A stretch of 64,000 bases of DNA, from positions 61,422 through 125,421 of IMG/VR virus record IMGVR_UViG_3300007609_000008, one strand, 5' to 3'. The stretch's first letter is position 1. Each line of letters opens with the position of its first letter. The translations under genes were made by a program, and so were the position numbers. A model generated the notes under the pieces. The model ran no database searches. It saw only the letters and a program-made list of their open reading frames with translations, and was not told the DNA's origin. Shown here in pieces: positions 27,493 to 38,593 of the stretch. Origin of the DNA: a virus.

Positions 27493-29250
27493 GTGGCTAT
27501 TTTATTAACTAGACTGGCTAGAGTTGAACTAGCGAGATCATTTGTTCGAGAAGTTAAAAATGTAATAGACTCGGAGACTAATAAGCTCTATGACTATTAT
27601 AATTTTGCACTTGCCAGAACTACTGCCTGGACAGATGAAGACGCTCCAGAGACGGCATATGATTCTCAGAAGTATATTAATCAGTTTAGAAATAATATTT
27701 TGTTTACACAAAAAGTTAATCCTTCAGATGTATGTAACTTAATTGAAAAAAAAGAATGGGATACGTCAGGTACCACAGTATACGATCCGTATGATGATGA
27801 CTATTCTATTGCTAATCCAGCTCCTTCTGGAGCAACTACTTTAGCAGATGCTGACTTTTATGTTTACAACGAAGCAAACTTTAGCGTGTATAAATGCATA
27901 GACAATAATGGCGGGGCTTTTAGTACAGATGCCCCTGTCCTTACTACAGATGTTATTTTTTCTACCGACGATGGTTATAAATGGAAATTTATGTATCAAG
28001 TATCGGAAGCAGATCGAAATAAGTTTGTAGATTCTAGATATATTCCCGTCAGAAAACTTACCACAGATAGTCCATCATACGGAACTCTTGTGGGTGAAGT
28101 AAAGTCTATTACAGTCACAGATGGTGGGGCAGGTTACACGGCAGCTCCTAATGTTTACATACAGGGTGACGGCACAGGTGCCGCCGCTACTGCAACGATC
28201 AATGAAAGCGGCGAGGTTGTCTCTATAGATATTGATGTCACTGACGGAGAAACCTTTGAAGGACTAGGTTATACTTTCGCATTTATTCAATTCGACAACG
28301 GAGACGATGCGGAAAACGAAGGCTTTCGAAGTGCTGAAGCAATTGTTAATTTAGGAGATGCTGATCCAGAGAATACTGTTTTACAAAAAGCGGTAGAAGA
28401 TGCAGCTATTGAAGGAACAATAGATAGAATAATCATTCCACCTGGCGGCGGAGGTAACGACTATGTTATTGGAGACACTTTTGTTAAAATAACAGGTGAC
28501 AGTGTTCTAGAAGAAGATCAAGCAGCAGCTACAGTTAATATAGCAGAAAATTCTGGTTCTATAACGTCAATTGATGTTGCTGATGTAGGCGCAAACTACA
28601 CATATGCAGACATAACTTTTGTTGACTCAAACGGCGATGAAATTCATACTGCTGAAGATGATCTTAGCAAAAAAGCGACAGCCAGGGCAATCATTTCTCC
28701 TATACACGGTCACGGAAGTAATCCTGTAAAAGAACTTTTTAGTACAACAGTAGCAATAGTATCTTCTCTATCTGACAATACCAATAGAGATTTGATGGTA
28801 GATAATGATTTTAGACAAGTGGGACTGATTAAAAATATTTATGACTATGATGAGCAAAATATATGGAGAGAAGCGACAGCTACATCTTGTTTCATAGTAA
28901 ACATAAATAGTGCTGACTCAAATAAATATGATATTGATGACATAATAGTTACAGATTTAGGCGATTCTGATGAAGGTAGATTTAGAGTAATACAAGTTGT
29001 CGAATCAAATCGTTCAGATATTGTTGACGAAGGAACTTTTGATGTATACTTACAGTCAATAGTACCAAATATAAAAAATGCAAGCGTATTGACTAACATC
29101 ACACAAGACATATCGTCACTCGGTATAAATAGATATGATCAACCAGAGATAAGCACTTCATATGGCGAAGTTGTTTACATTGAAAATAGAACGTCTATAA
29201 CTAGAACGGCAGATCAAGTAGAAACAATTAAAGCAATAGTACAATTTTAG
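27493..29250 (+). CDS. gp8: baseplate wedge subunit
   Basis: W..GT.YD.YDDDY, VYKCIDN.GG, DGYKWKFMY, P..GHG.NP..EL, DFRQVGLIKN, GEV.YIENR. Confidence 0.9.
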   Translation: MAILLTRLARVELARSFVREVKNVIDSETNKLYDYYNFALARTTAWTDEDAPETAYDSQKYINQFRNNILFTQKVNPSDVCNLIEKKEWDTSGTTVYDPYDDDYSIANPAPSGATTLADADFYVYNEANFSVYKCIDNNGGAFSTDAPVLTTDVIFSTDDGYKWKFMYQVSEADRNKFVDSRYIPVRKLTTDSPSYGTLVGEVKSITVTDGGAGYTAAPNVYIQGDGTGAAATATINESGEVVSIDIDVTDGETFEGLGYTFAFIQFDNGDDAENEGFRSAEAIVNLGDADPENTVLQKAVEDAAIEGTIDRIIIPPGGGGNDYVIGDTFVKITGDSVLEEDQAAATVNIAENSGSITSIDVADVGANYTYADITFVDSNGDEIHTAEDDLSKKATARAIISPIHGHGSNPVKELFSTTVAIVSSLSDNTNRDLMVDNDFRQVGLIKNIYDYDEQNIWREATATSCFIVNINSADSNKYDIDDIIVTDLGDSDEGRFRVIQVVESNRSDIVDEGTFDVYLQSIVPNIKNASVLTNITQDISSLGINRYDQPEISTSYGEVVYIENRTSITRTADQVETIKAIVQF

Positions 29251-29259
29251 GAAAAAATA

Positions 29260-32200
29260 ATGGCCCTCAATTTAAGTTCTTCACCTTATTATGACGATTT
29301 TGATCCACAAAAGAACTATCATCGTGTTCTTTTTAAGCCTGGCGTTGCGGTTCAAGCTAGAGAGCTTACTCAACTTCAAACAGTGCTTTCTGATCAATTA
29401 TCTCAGCTGGGTAGCTTTAGCCTTAAAGAAGGCGCAGTCATCAGTGGCTGTGAGCAAAAAATTGAAAACTTTAAATTTATCAAAATTCTTGATGAAGATG
29501 CCAATGAAGATCCTGTAGCTAATGCAGATCTAGCTTCGTATGAGGGTGCGATTCTAGTTGGACAAACAACTGGACTACGAGCAAAGATTCTTACACACAA
29601 AACTGGTCAAATAACAGTAAGCGATACTATCAACGCAAAAGCCTTATATATTGTGTATGTAGATGAAAATGCACAAGCAGCAGACTTGACTGTAAATCAA
29701 TACAAAAGATTTTCTCAGGGGGAAACACTTACTGTAGAATCTGTGAACCCTAATTTAAATGGTAAGACATTCGTAACTCAAACTACACCTAGCGGATCAT
29801 ATGGAAAAAGAAATTTCTATGCGGGCGTAGCTCCTCACTTAACCATGACACCTGGTATAATATATGCACTAGGTAACTTTATCAGAACTAAAAACTTGTC
29901 AGTATTCATTGATAAGTTTAGTCCATCAACTGATAAAAAAATAGGCTTTATAGTAAATGAAGCTATAAAACAAGCATCAGTAGATGGTACGTTGTACGAT
30001 AATGCCAGAGGCACATTCAATCAAGGAGCTCCGGGCGCAGATAGACTGGAGCATACTGTATCGCTCATTTCTTATAATAAAGATACACAGGTAGCGGATA
30101 ACTATTTTCAGATTGCAACCTATTCTAATGGTAGAATTATAAGGTCTGATATTAAAAATGATCCTCTAGGAAATCTTAGAGATATATTAGCACGAGAAAC
30201 ATATGATCGTCATGGTAATTATGTTTCAAAAGGTATGCAAGTATATTTCAAAGAGCATCTCCGTTCTGCTAAAGGCAAAAATGGTGGAATATTGCCTCCT
30301 GCTGCGGGTGGTGATGCAAGTAAACTTGTTCTAGGAGTCAAGGCTGGTGTAGGAAGCGTTTCTGGTTATCCTATAGAATTGTTACAAGATATTGAAACTT
30401 CTTTTGACAAACCAAGCGCAACACAGACAGAAGAAACTGTATCACAATCTACTACGTTTGGTAATTATGTAATTGTCGATGACGTTTGTGGTGCATGGGA
30501 CACAGATGGAGCTGACGAAAACGCTAATGGCATAGTAAATTTACATAGCGTTGAATCTAATGGAGTTTCAGGTGCTGCATATTCTAATACTTCTGTGCCT
30601 AGCGGTATCATAGGAACTGCAAAAGTCAGACACATCTCTTTGCAATCAGGCACTCCTGGCTCTGCATCTGCTCAATATAGGCTTTATCTTTTTGACATTA
30701 AAATGTTTGATGGCGACTTCAGTACAGTCAAATCTATTTCATATGAAAATTCTAAAGCAAATGCGTTTGCAGATATTGTTTTAAATGATGCTGGTGTCGC
30801 TCAAGTTTATGAAAAAAATTCAAACAAATTACTCTGGAATCTTCCTTATCGTTTCTTAAAAACTTTAAAAGCAAATGAAGGTGCATATAGATATAATTTT
30901 AAATTCATAAAAGAATTTGATGTATCTTCTGCTGCTGCTGAGACTGGAGAAATTAATCTTAATTCTACTTCATCAGATCAAACTTTCTTTTTTAGCACTG
31001 AAACAATTGGTGGTGTTGAAGACAGCGTTTCTGAATCTGATGTAAGAAATCACATAAAACTAGTAGCAACTGAAACTTTTGATATAGATGGCACTACAGT
31101 AGAAAAAGGAGAGTTTATTGATGTTGTCGGCAAGGTAAGAAAAACCAGTGAAGATCGTTTAACTATAACTCTAGGAGCTTTAACAGGCGCCGGTCCTTAT
31201 AGTGTTAGAGCATATATAAATATGCAAGTAGAAAATACTGCTCCTTTTTCCAAGTCTTTCGTAAAAAGTAAATATGTCAAAATAAAGGCAGACGAGAATG
31301 AGAATTTTGGCTCTAATAAGTTTTGTCTAGGTGTACCTGATGTATTTAGAGTAACAAGTATAACAGCGACATCGAATTCTGATTATACAACAAATGCAAG
31401 AAACGTCTCTGAATCATTCAAACTTGACAATGGTCAACGAGATAATTTCTATGGGTTATCATATATTGTAAAAAATTCTAGCAGCACAATAGACCTTACA
31501 GTAGAAAAATATATTACTGTGAAGTTTGATTACTTTGACAACGAAACTATCACAGGACCATCTTTTGCTTGTTTAGATTCTTATCCTGTTGATGACACCG
31601 GAGACGAGGGAATCAGAACAGAAGAGATTCCTCTTTACGTGTCTGCTTCATCTGGACAAGTTTTTGATTTAAGAAATGCTATTGACTTTAGACCTTTTAT
31701 GAGATCTACAGTCACTCCTTCTTCTACGGTTGCAGGTGCACCTGAGAACCCAAGTGCATTTGAAGAAGTTAATAGACCAGAAGTAGGTTTGACTAATCCT
31801 ATTCCTACAGCGACATTTACAACTGATTTAGAGTTTTACTTAGCTGAAGCATATAGAGTAGTTGTTACTCCGTCTAGAGCAGTAAAAATTATTAAAGGTC
31901 TTCCTTCTGTATCTCCTAAAACACCTTCTTCTCCTGAGGGTGCTATGACGTTGGCTACTGGCGTATTGCCTCCATATCCTTCTCTTTCAAAAACAGCTGG
32001 AAGAAATTTTGGACGTGAAGATTTATCAATGTCAATTGTGCCTGTCAAAAATAAAAAATACACGATGAAGGATATTGGAGCACTAGAACAAAGAATATCA
32101 AATCTAGAGTACTATACTACTCTTACTCTTTTAGAGAAAGAGGCAGGAAAAGTAGTTATTGCAGACTCAGATGGTATTGATAGATTCAAAAATGGTTTTC

Positions 32201-35200
32201 TTGTTGACTCTTTCTCTAACTTTAGTGTCAATCATGTCAATAATCCTGACAATAAGTGCTCTATTGATACCAGAAAACGAGAATTGAGAGCTGCCTTTAG
32301 AACTTCACAGATAGGCTTTAAACCTATAGCTACAGGATCTACTGCTGGACAGTCTGGTTATTTCTGGCATGTTCCTTATAATGAAACAATATACACACAA
32401 CAAACTCAAGCAAGTTCATATAGAAATGTCGTGGGTGAATTGTTCATAACTCCTCCTCCTGCTACAGAACAAGAAGCAGAAGAAGTTGCTACTGAAAATG
32501 GTGGGACTGGCGAAGACGTAACAGAAACAGAGCCATCTACGAATGACACAGAATCAACTCAGCAAGGAACTACTCCAACTGCTCCTAGCTATTATCTCAT
32601 TAGATCAAAAACAACTGCAAATGAAGGCGATACATTTACTATAACTTTAGAAACTACCAATGTACCGGAAGGCACAGAATTAGGATATACTGTATTTGGT
32701 ACTGGTATCACAAACGCAGACTACACTACAGTTCCTACTACAGCCAGTGACGGTACAGGAACACTTACAGTAGACGCAACCGGTTCTGCTTTTTTGACAG
32801 TTACTTTATCAAGTGATTTGAGCACTGAAGGACAAGAAACCTGGGGTATTACACTTTCTGACATAGGAATATCTGCAAGCACTTCTGTAGTGATTAATGA
32901 TACTTCTATCACTCCAGGAGAAGAAGAAGAAGTTGAAGACACTACTCCTGTTGTTCCTGTCGCAACAGGACCGTGGACGGGAAGTTTGAATATAGATCCT
33001 CCTGTTTCTAATTTCATAGATACCAATTATAATGGCGAGCCACTTCAAAACGTAAACGGTGAATATGATCATCTGGTTCAGGGTGATGTTTTTGATGACG
33101 ATGGAATTCGTTCTGGGTGGGAATTGGAATGGTCTAACTGGGAATATGCAACTAGTACTATAGGCGGACAAGATCCTGGTGAAAACTTTGGAGATTCCGC
33201 AGATATAAACAATGCAGTAGAAACTCCCGACGGGCTCTACATTCCAGAATATGGTGGCACTTGGGTTAATCCAGGCACTTTGCCTCCTAGCTCTTCTACC
33301 GTGTGGGAAACAAGAGAGCTTGATTATGTATGGAAAGGAAGCGAAACAGTAGAAGATCTCGTAACTATTCCAGTCGATACATTAGCAAGGGAAGAAAATC
33401 TTGTTCTACAAGTATGGGGTCTTAAGCCCAACACTCTTCATACTATTCTAGTTGATGGTAGACCATTTAAAACCAGCACTAGCTTTCCTAACGGAAGATT
33501 TTCTACGGGATTGATATTACCTGCAGGACAATTTAATACCGGCGCCATAAAAATTGAGATTACAAATCACAATGATGTATCTCAAGCAGATTCATATGCG
33601 GTTAATTATTTTTTATCCGCTCATTCGGTACAAAAAACTGTTGTAACAAATTTAACTACTAGAGCACCAAAACCCTCTTATTCAGTAGAAACTCAAATTA
33701 AAAGCAACACATATTATACGAATAGCAATAGAGAAGAACAACAGCGTCAAGAAGAGGCTGCTAACCGAGCAAAATTAGCCAGTGGCAACAAAGATCCCTG
33801 GGTTCAAGTTCATACTCTAGATAATCAATCTCTAGTCCGGGCAGATAGAGTTCCTATTGAGCAGCTGGACATTAGTGATGAAGTTCTTGGTGTAGAATGT
33901 GGTATACCAGCCGGCTTAGATGGATTAACTACTGGTATTTCTAGGGCTGTGCTACAGAGACCAGACGGTAGTAGATACAGTGTGGAAACAGACGATCCTG
34001 GCTGCGCTACTTATAACGATTACTTGCAGAATCAAGCTCCTGCCTCTGTAAAAGATCAGCGTGAAGTGTATACTGAAATAGATACTACAGTTACAGGCAC
34101 CGTTCAGGCTGCTACTACAAATGTAATTCTTGTAGACGATAGCGGAACTATTGATACAGATACTGGTTCAGTTCAGGTTATTGATGCTACGTTATACACA
34201 CATGAAGATGCAGATGAAGATGCTCCTGTAATCAACACAAGTACAGAGACAAATAGCATAGGCGAAACTAATATAAGATTAGATTCTTCTACCACTAATA
34301 GCGATTTAGAAACTACAGAAGTTATTAACATTCCTAATGCTGTTACTGTAACTGGAATAAACGATCTAGGAATAGATTTGGCAGCGATTGCAGCTCTTGA
34401 TTTTAATATTTCAGAAATAGATTTATTCTGTGGTAGTCCTGGTCAAGATCCATTAGCACAATCTTTCTTGGTAGAGGGTTTACCTGGTGGTATGTTTACA
34501 ACCTCTGTCGATGTCTTCTTTAGAAATAAGTCTTCAGAAGAAAATAACAGCGGCATCACTCTACAGCTTAGAGAGATGATAAATGGAATACCAGGAACAG
34601 ACATTATAGCAGAAAGTCACAAGTCTCGTTCTGAATGCCTTGTCAGTACTGAAGATGAAAACGGCAATATAACGTTTAACTCTACTAACTTTAAATTTAG
34701 TGGCCCCGTTCACCTACAAAATAATACTGAGTACTGTATAGTGCTCAAGCCAGACGGAAATGATCGTGGTTATGAAGTTTGGATAGGTAAATTAGGAGAA
34801 ACTAGAAAAGGTTCTTCTGAGATTATAACAGAACAAACACATTCGGGAGTTCTGTTCACATCTGCAAACAATAGAACCTGGTCTCCGCATCAATCTGAAG
34901 ACTTAATGTTTACTGTACGCAGAGCCAGCTTCGCAGTGGATCAAGATTACATTGTAAATACTGTGAACAAAAATATTGACTGGATTAAGTTTGATGCAGA
35001 CGAGTGGGATCGTACTCCGAATTCAGCTCTAGGTACAGATGGTGATGGTAATCCATTGACACCAGCAAGTTATTTTTCTACAGGCGATTTTGTACATGGT
35101 TTCAAACCAACCATAACCAATACAGGAACGCTTTATTCTGATGGTACATATAATTTATCATTTGATAATACTGGAACAGGCGGCAGCAATGCAGCTGGAA

Positions 35201-36474
35201 CTTATGAAGTGTCAGGCAATGAAGTTACTTCAGTGACAATTACGAATCCTGGTACTGGATATACATCTGCTCCTACTGTTTCTCTTGCAGCAGGAGCATC
35301 AGAAACTAGTGAAACAGCTAGAGTAACGCTCGCTTTAAATCGTGCTAAAGTTTCAAGATTTGATAGGCGTCTATCTACTTACGAACTAGAAGTTACTAAC
35401 GGAAGTTTCGTAACAGGAAACTTAGTTGGTAATGGAAAAACATTTACCAAGATTTCTGCGATCGAAAACAGAGATTTGACTGCTCATGTTATTCAATATC
35501 ATTCTATCAATCCAGATGAAATTGGTACAATTACTCCTAAAATTGCTTTGACTAAAAAAGATGCTTCTACTGCAAACACTACACTAACTAATGCTGTTTT
35601 GCAATCAACAATAGAGCTTCCTGAAGTTAAAACTGTATACAGTTATTCGAATGAAATTGCAAGAGATGGAGAAAAGACTGCTAGGCTGCAATTTACTCTG
35701 AGAACAACTTCTAATAATGTCAGTCCTATTCTAGATTTAGCGGCACTTGATATGTTAGCCGTTGCTAATAAGATAAACAATACTTCAGCAGAAGAAGAAA
35801 CACGCTCAGGCGGTGATGCTCAAAGTAAATACATAACAAAAAAGGTTATCTTAGCTGAAGGTCAAGATGCAGAAGACTTGAAGGTCTTCTTAGAAAATGC
35901 AATTCCTTCAATATCAGATGTTGAAGTATACGCTAAACTACAGAATGCAGAAGATGACGGAGATTTTTCTAACGATATATATTGGAGAAAATTGGAAGTA
36001 GAATCTTCACCATTTATTGCAACAACAGGTCTAGCAGAATACACATATAAAATTCCAGAAAAATCTTCTGGAACGTGGGGCGTTGATGGCGACACAGGAA
36101 TATTTGAATATGATTTAACACGAGTTGATTCTATACCAGTGTCGTCAGGTGGAACATATGTTTCAGCGCCTATTGTTAAGATCACTGACGATCTTGGTGT
36201 TGGTTACGGAGCATCCGCAGAAGCAGTGATGACCGGTACTACAATCTCTAAGATTAGAATTACTAATCCAGGCAGAGATTATACCGCAGGTAATATTTCA
36301 GTAGAACTTATAGGAGGCAGTCCCTCAGTAGACGCTGTATTAGGAACTCCTACAGTATCGACTGTTACCTACAAATCCTTCAAACACTTTGCTATAAAGA
36401 TAGTACACTTGAGTGAAAACAGAGCTATATTGCCTAAGACAAAATCGCTTAGAGCGTATGCACTACAGGTATAA
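29260..36474 (+). CDS. large virion structural protein, VrlC/DUF4815-like (2404 aa)
   Basis: SPYYDDFDP.KNYHRVLFKPG.AVQARELTQLQ, FKNGFLVDSF, DPLAQSF.V, EDLKVFL, FAIKIV. Confidence 0.85.
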   Translation: MALNLSSSPYYDDFDPQKNYHRVLFKPGVAVQARELTQLQTVLSDQLSQLGSFSLKEGAVISGCEQKIENFKFIKILDEDANEDPVANADLASYEGAILVGQTTGLRAKILTHKTGQITVSDTINAKALYIVYVDENAQAADLTVNQYKRFSQGETLTVESVNPNLNGKTFVTQTTPSGSYGKRNFYAGVAPHLTMTPGIIYALGNFIRTKNLSVFIDKFSPSTDKKIGFIVNEAIKQASVDGTLYDNARGTFNQGAPGADRLEHTVSLISYNKDTQVADNYFQIATYSNGRIIRSDIKNDPLGNLRDILARETYDRHGNYVSKGMQVYFKEHLRSAKGKNGGILPPAAGGDASKLVLGVKAGVGSVSGYPIELLQDIETSFDKPSATQTEETVSQSTTFGNYVIVDDVCGAWDTDGADENANGIVNLHSVESNGVSGAAYSNTSVPSGIIGTAKVRHISLQSGTPGSASAQYRLYLFDIKMFDGDFSTVKSISYENSKANAFADIVLNDAGVAQVYEKNSNKLLWNLPYRFLKTLKANEGAYRYNFKFIKEFDVSSAAAETGEINLNSTSSDQTFFFSTETIGGVEDSVSESDVRNHIKLVATETFDIDGTTVEKGEFIDVVGKVRKTSEDRLTITLGALTGAGPYSVRAYINMQVENTAPFSKSFVKSKYVKIKADENENFGSNKFCLGVPDVFRVTSITATSNSDYTTNARNVSESFKLDNGQRDNFYGLSYIVKNSSSTIDLTVEKYITVKFDYFDNETITGPSFACLDSYPVDDTGDEGIRTEEIPLYVSASSGQVFDLRNAIDFRPFMRSTVTPSSTVAGAPENPSAFEEVNRPEVGLTNPIPTATFTTDLEFYLAEAYRVVVTPSRAVKIIKGLPSVSPKTPSSPEGAMTLATGVLPPYPSLSKTAGRNFGREDLSMSIVPVKNKKYTMKDIGALEQRISNLEYYTTLTLLEKEAGKVVIADSDGIDRFKNGFLVDSFSNFSVNHVNNPDNKCSIDTRKRELRAAFRTSQIGFKPIATGSTAGQSGYFWHVPYNETIYTQQTQASSYRNVVGELFITPPPATEQEAEEVATENGGTGEDVTETEPSTNDTESTQQGTTPTAPSYYLIRSKTTANEGDTFTITLETTNVPEGTELGYTVFGTGITNADYTTVPTTASDGTGTLTVDATGSAFLTVTLSSDLSTEGQETWGITLSDIGISASTSVVINDTSITPGEEEEVEDTTPVVPVATGPWTGSLNIDPPVSNFIDTNYNGEPLQNVNGEYDHLVQGDVFDDDGIRSGWELEWSNWEYATSTIGGQDPGENFGDSADINNAVETPDGLYIPEYGGTWVNPGTLPPSSSTVWETRELDYVWKGSETVEDLVTIPVDTLAREENLVLQVWGLKPNTLHTILVDGRPFKTSTSFPNGRFSTGLILPAGQFNTGAIKIEITNHNDVSQADSYAVNYFLSAHSVQKTVVTNLTTRAPKPSYSVETQIKSNTYYTNSNREEQQRQEEAANRAKLASGNKDPWVQVHTLDNQSLVRADRVPIEQLDISDEVLGVECGIPAGLDGLTTGISRAVLQRPDGSRYSVETDDPGCATYNDYLQNQAPASVKDQREVYTEIDTTVTGTVQAATTNVILVDDSGTIDTDTGSVQVIDATLYTHEDADEDAPVINTSTETNSIGETNIRLDSSTTNSDLETTEVINIPNAVTVTGINDLGIDLAAIAALDFNISEIDLFCGSPGQDPLAQSFLVEGLPGGMFTTSVDVFFRNKSSEENNSGITLQLREMINGIPGTDIIAESHKSRSECLVSTEDENGNITFNSTNFKFSGPVHLQNNTEYCIVLKPDGNDRGYEVWIGKLGETRKGSSEIITEQTHSGVLFTSANNRTWSPHQSEDLMFTVRRASFAVDQDYIVNTVNKNIDWIKFDADEWDRTPNSALGTDGDGNPLTPASYFSTGDFVHGFKPTITNTGTLYSDGTYNLSFDNTGTGGSNAAGTYEVSGNEVTSVTITNPGTGYTSAPTVSLAAGASETSETARVTLALNRAKVSRFDRRLSTYELEVTNGSFVTGNLVGNGKTFTKISAIENRDLTAHVIQYHSINPDEIGTITPKIALTKKDASTANTTLTNAVLQSTIELPEVKTVYSYSNEIARDGEKTARLQFTLRTTSNNVSPILDLAALDMLAVANKINNTSAEEETRSGGDAQSKYITKKVILAEGQDAEDLKVFLENAIPSISDVEVYAKLQNAEDDGDFSNDIYWRKLEVESSPFIATTGLAEYTYKIPEKSSGTWGVDGDTGIFEYDLTRVDSIPVSSGGTYVSAPIVKITDDLGVGYGASAEAVMTGTTISKIRITNPGRDYTAGNISVELIGGSPSVDAVLGTPTVSTVTYKSFKHFAIKIVHLSENRAILPKTKSLRAYALQV

Positions 36475-36476
36475 TT

Positions 36477-36722
36477 ATGAGTATAAATAAGTTTGTAAGA
36501 GTAAAGGACGATATTACGATTGCTAGAGATGTTGAATCAAAGGCAATCGTGAACATAGACAATTCTTCTCTGGCTGAATATAAAAAGATAAAAGAAAAAA
36601 GACTTGCAAAAAGTAGAAAAATTCTTGAATGTGAAAATGATATAAATACATTAAAAGATGAAGTCACCGATATTAAAGACTCGTTGAGATTAATACTAGA
36701 AAAGTTGAATTCTCGGGAATAA
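36477..36722 (+). CDS. small coiled-coil protein
   Basis: RDVESKAIVN, C-terminal heptads; contains a TATAAATA at 36482-36489. Confidence 0.7.
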   Translation: MSINKFVRVKDDITIARDVESKAIVNIDNSSLAEYKKIKEKRLAKSRKILECENDINTLKDEVTDIKDSLRLILEKLNSRE

Positions 36723-36726
36723 CTAA

Positions 36727-37209
36727 ATGGCAACAATTACATTAAGAACTGTTAAAGGTGTTCCTTTATCTAATACCGAGGTTGACGACAACTTTACTAA
36801 TTTAAATGACGAAAAATATGAGTCTGGCGATGATGTTAGTTTTGGTAATATGTCTGTTTCCGGAGAAAGTACCTTTAGTACAGCAGCGGCGGTGAGTGCT
36901 GCAGGGAATAATCAGGGAACCGCTACTTCTTTATCTGAAAGTTATAATATTGTAACTACTGCCACAACAGATCAAGGAGTTATTTTACCAAGCGCATCAA
37001 CAGGAAAAACTGTTAAGGTCATAAACGCAACATCAGAAAATATTAAAATATATCCAGCATCATCAGAAGCAATAGATTCCTTAGGAAGTAATGTCGCTAA
37101 AAACTTGGCACCTGGTGCTAGTTTAGATTTAGTATGTGCGTCAGGATCTCTTTGGAAATCTTTATTGCCTGTTGTTGTATTTGACTCTTCTGGAACTCAA
37201 TTAAATTAG
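36727..37209 (+). CDS. virion structural / fibre adaptor protein, paralog of 11501
   Basis: MATITLR...LSNTEVDDNFTNLNDE. Confidence 0.65.
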   Translation: MATITLRTVKGVPLSNTEVDDNFTNLNDEKYESGDDVSFGNMSVSGESTFSTAAAVSAAGNNQGTATSLSESYNIVTTATTDQGVILPSASTGKTVKVINATSENIKIYPASSEAIDSLGSNVAKNLAPGASLDLVCASGSLWKSLLPVVVFDSSGTQLN

Positions 37210-37218
37210 GAATAAAAA

Positions 37219-38547
37219 ATGCAACCTATACGTATTAAAGCCTCATCCAGTCCTATCAGTTCAGGGAACTTTGAAGGACTTCAGGAAATGTCAGATGCTC
37301 AGATCAATCAGTATCTTTCATATGTAATAACAAACAAATTTGCAAGTGATACAGACGGTACTGGCACAGCAGAGCTTAATGTTGACACATCAAATGCGTT
37401 GACTGGTACTAGTATTGGTACTTGGACAAACCAAATCAGAGATGACGCAATCGGAACTCATCCTACTGATGGCGCAACTACAGATACTACTTACTACTTT
37501 AAGCAAGTAACCGCAGCGGCTTCTGAAAGCATTACTAATCGTCCAGTAGGTTACGATTCAGGTATTAAAGAATTCTCTGATGCTGCACTAGACACTGACG
37601 TTTTGGATAAAGTAATTGAAGACATGGTGACAGGCACAGGTTACACTGTAGGTCAATACAGTCTAGCGGCATCTGCTCCTGCTGGTGGTACTTGGACGTC
37701 AAGATACACAATCACAGACAGCAATCAAGGTGGCAGTACTAATCTTTACTTGTGGCAAAAAACTACTCCTACTACTTCTGCAAATGAAGACTTAGCATCT
37801 CTCAAACTTGACGGCACAAACGTTAAGATGATGTCTGCTGCTGAAATTGAGCAGATGGTTCCTAACTTCAGAAATAGAATTATTGATAGCGAGATAGGCA
37901 CATACAAGTTGCAATCAACAGCTCCTGGTACAGGTACTTGGACTCAGATGGGCGATTCACTTGTTGATACTAGACAAGAAGTTGCATCAGAAAATTATGC
38001 AGGTACATACACTGGCTCGTTCTCTGGCGGATATGTAGGAAACTATGTAGGCAATTTCAGTGGCAACTATGTAGGCGACTATGTAGGCAGTTATGTTGGT
38101 GCAAAAACTTACACGGGTTCTTATACTGGATCATTCTCTGGAAGTTATGCAGGTAACTATGTAGGCACATCTGCATATGCAGGAACTTATGCAGGAACTT
38201 ATGCAAGAACTGAAGGATACACTCTATTCTACTCTGGATTTGCTGGCGGTACTAATTTCTACACTGGATTCTATACTGGTTATTATACTGGATTCTATAC
38301 GGGTGCAAAGTCATACACTGGTTTCTACACCGGCGCTTATAATAGAAACTTTTCAGGTAACTATGTAGGAACTTCTGCTTTCTCTGGCACATATTCGGGA
38401 ACTTATACTGGATACTATTCAAACACGTTCTCTGGCACTTATATTGGAAGCTATAGCAACGACTTTACAGGCAATTATGCAGGTGATACTATCCAAGCTA
38501 CTACTGAGAATGTATCTACTGTTAAACTCTGGCTGAGAACAGCTTAA
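37219..38547 (+). CDS. Gly/Tyr tetrapeptide-repeat virion protein
   Basis: About 160 aa of (Y/F)xGx repeats (approx. 37996-38484) inside a globular frame. Confidence 0.65.
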   Translation: MQPIRIKASSSPISSGNFEGLQEMSDAQINQYLSYVITNKFASDTDGTGTAELNVDTSNALTGTSIGTWTNQIRDDAIGTHPTDGATTDTTYYFKQVTAAASESITNRPVGYDSGIKEFSDAALDTDVLDKVIEDMVTGTGYTVGQYSLAASAPAGGTWTSRYTITDSNQGGSTNLYLWQKTTPTTSANEDLASLKLDGTNVKMMSAAEIEQMVPNFRNRIIDSEIGTYKLQSTAPGTGTWTQMGDSLVDTRQEVASENYAGTYTGSFSGGYVGNYVGNFSGNYVGDYVGSYVGAKTYTGSYTGSFSGSYAGNYVGTSAYAGTYAGTYARTEGYTLFYSGFAGGTNFYTGFYTGYYTGFYTGAKSYTGFYTGAYNRNFSGNYVGTSAFSGTYSGTYTGYYSNTFSGTYIGSYSNDFTGNYAGDTIQATTENVSTVKLWLRTA

Positions 38548-38551
38548 AAAA

Positions 38552-38580
38552 TTGACTATATAGTATTGAAGATTTATTAT
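38552..38580 (+). promoter_or_regulatory. possible sigma70-like promoter
   Basis: TTGACT, 17 nt, TATTAT right after the repeat-protein stop. Confidence 0.45.
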
Positions 38581-38593
38581 TTGGAGTTACATT

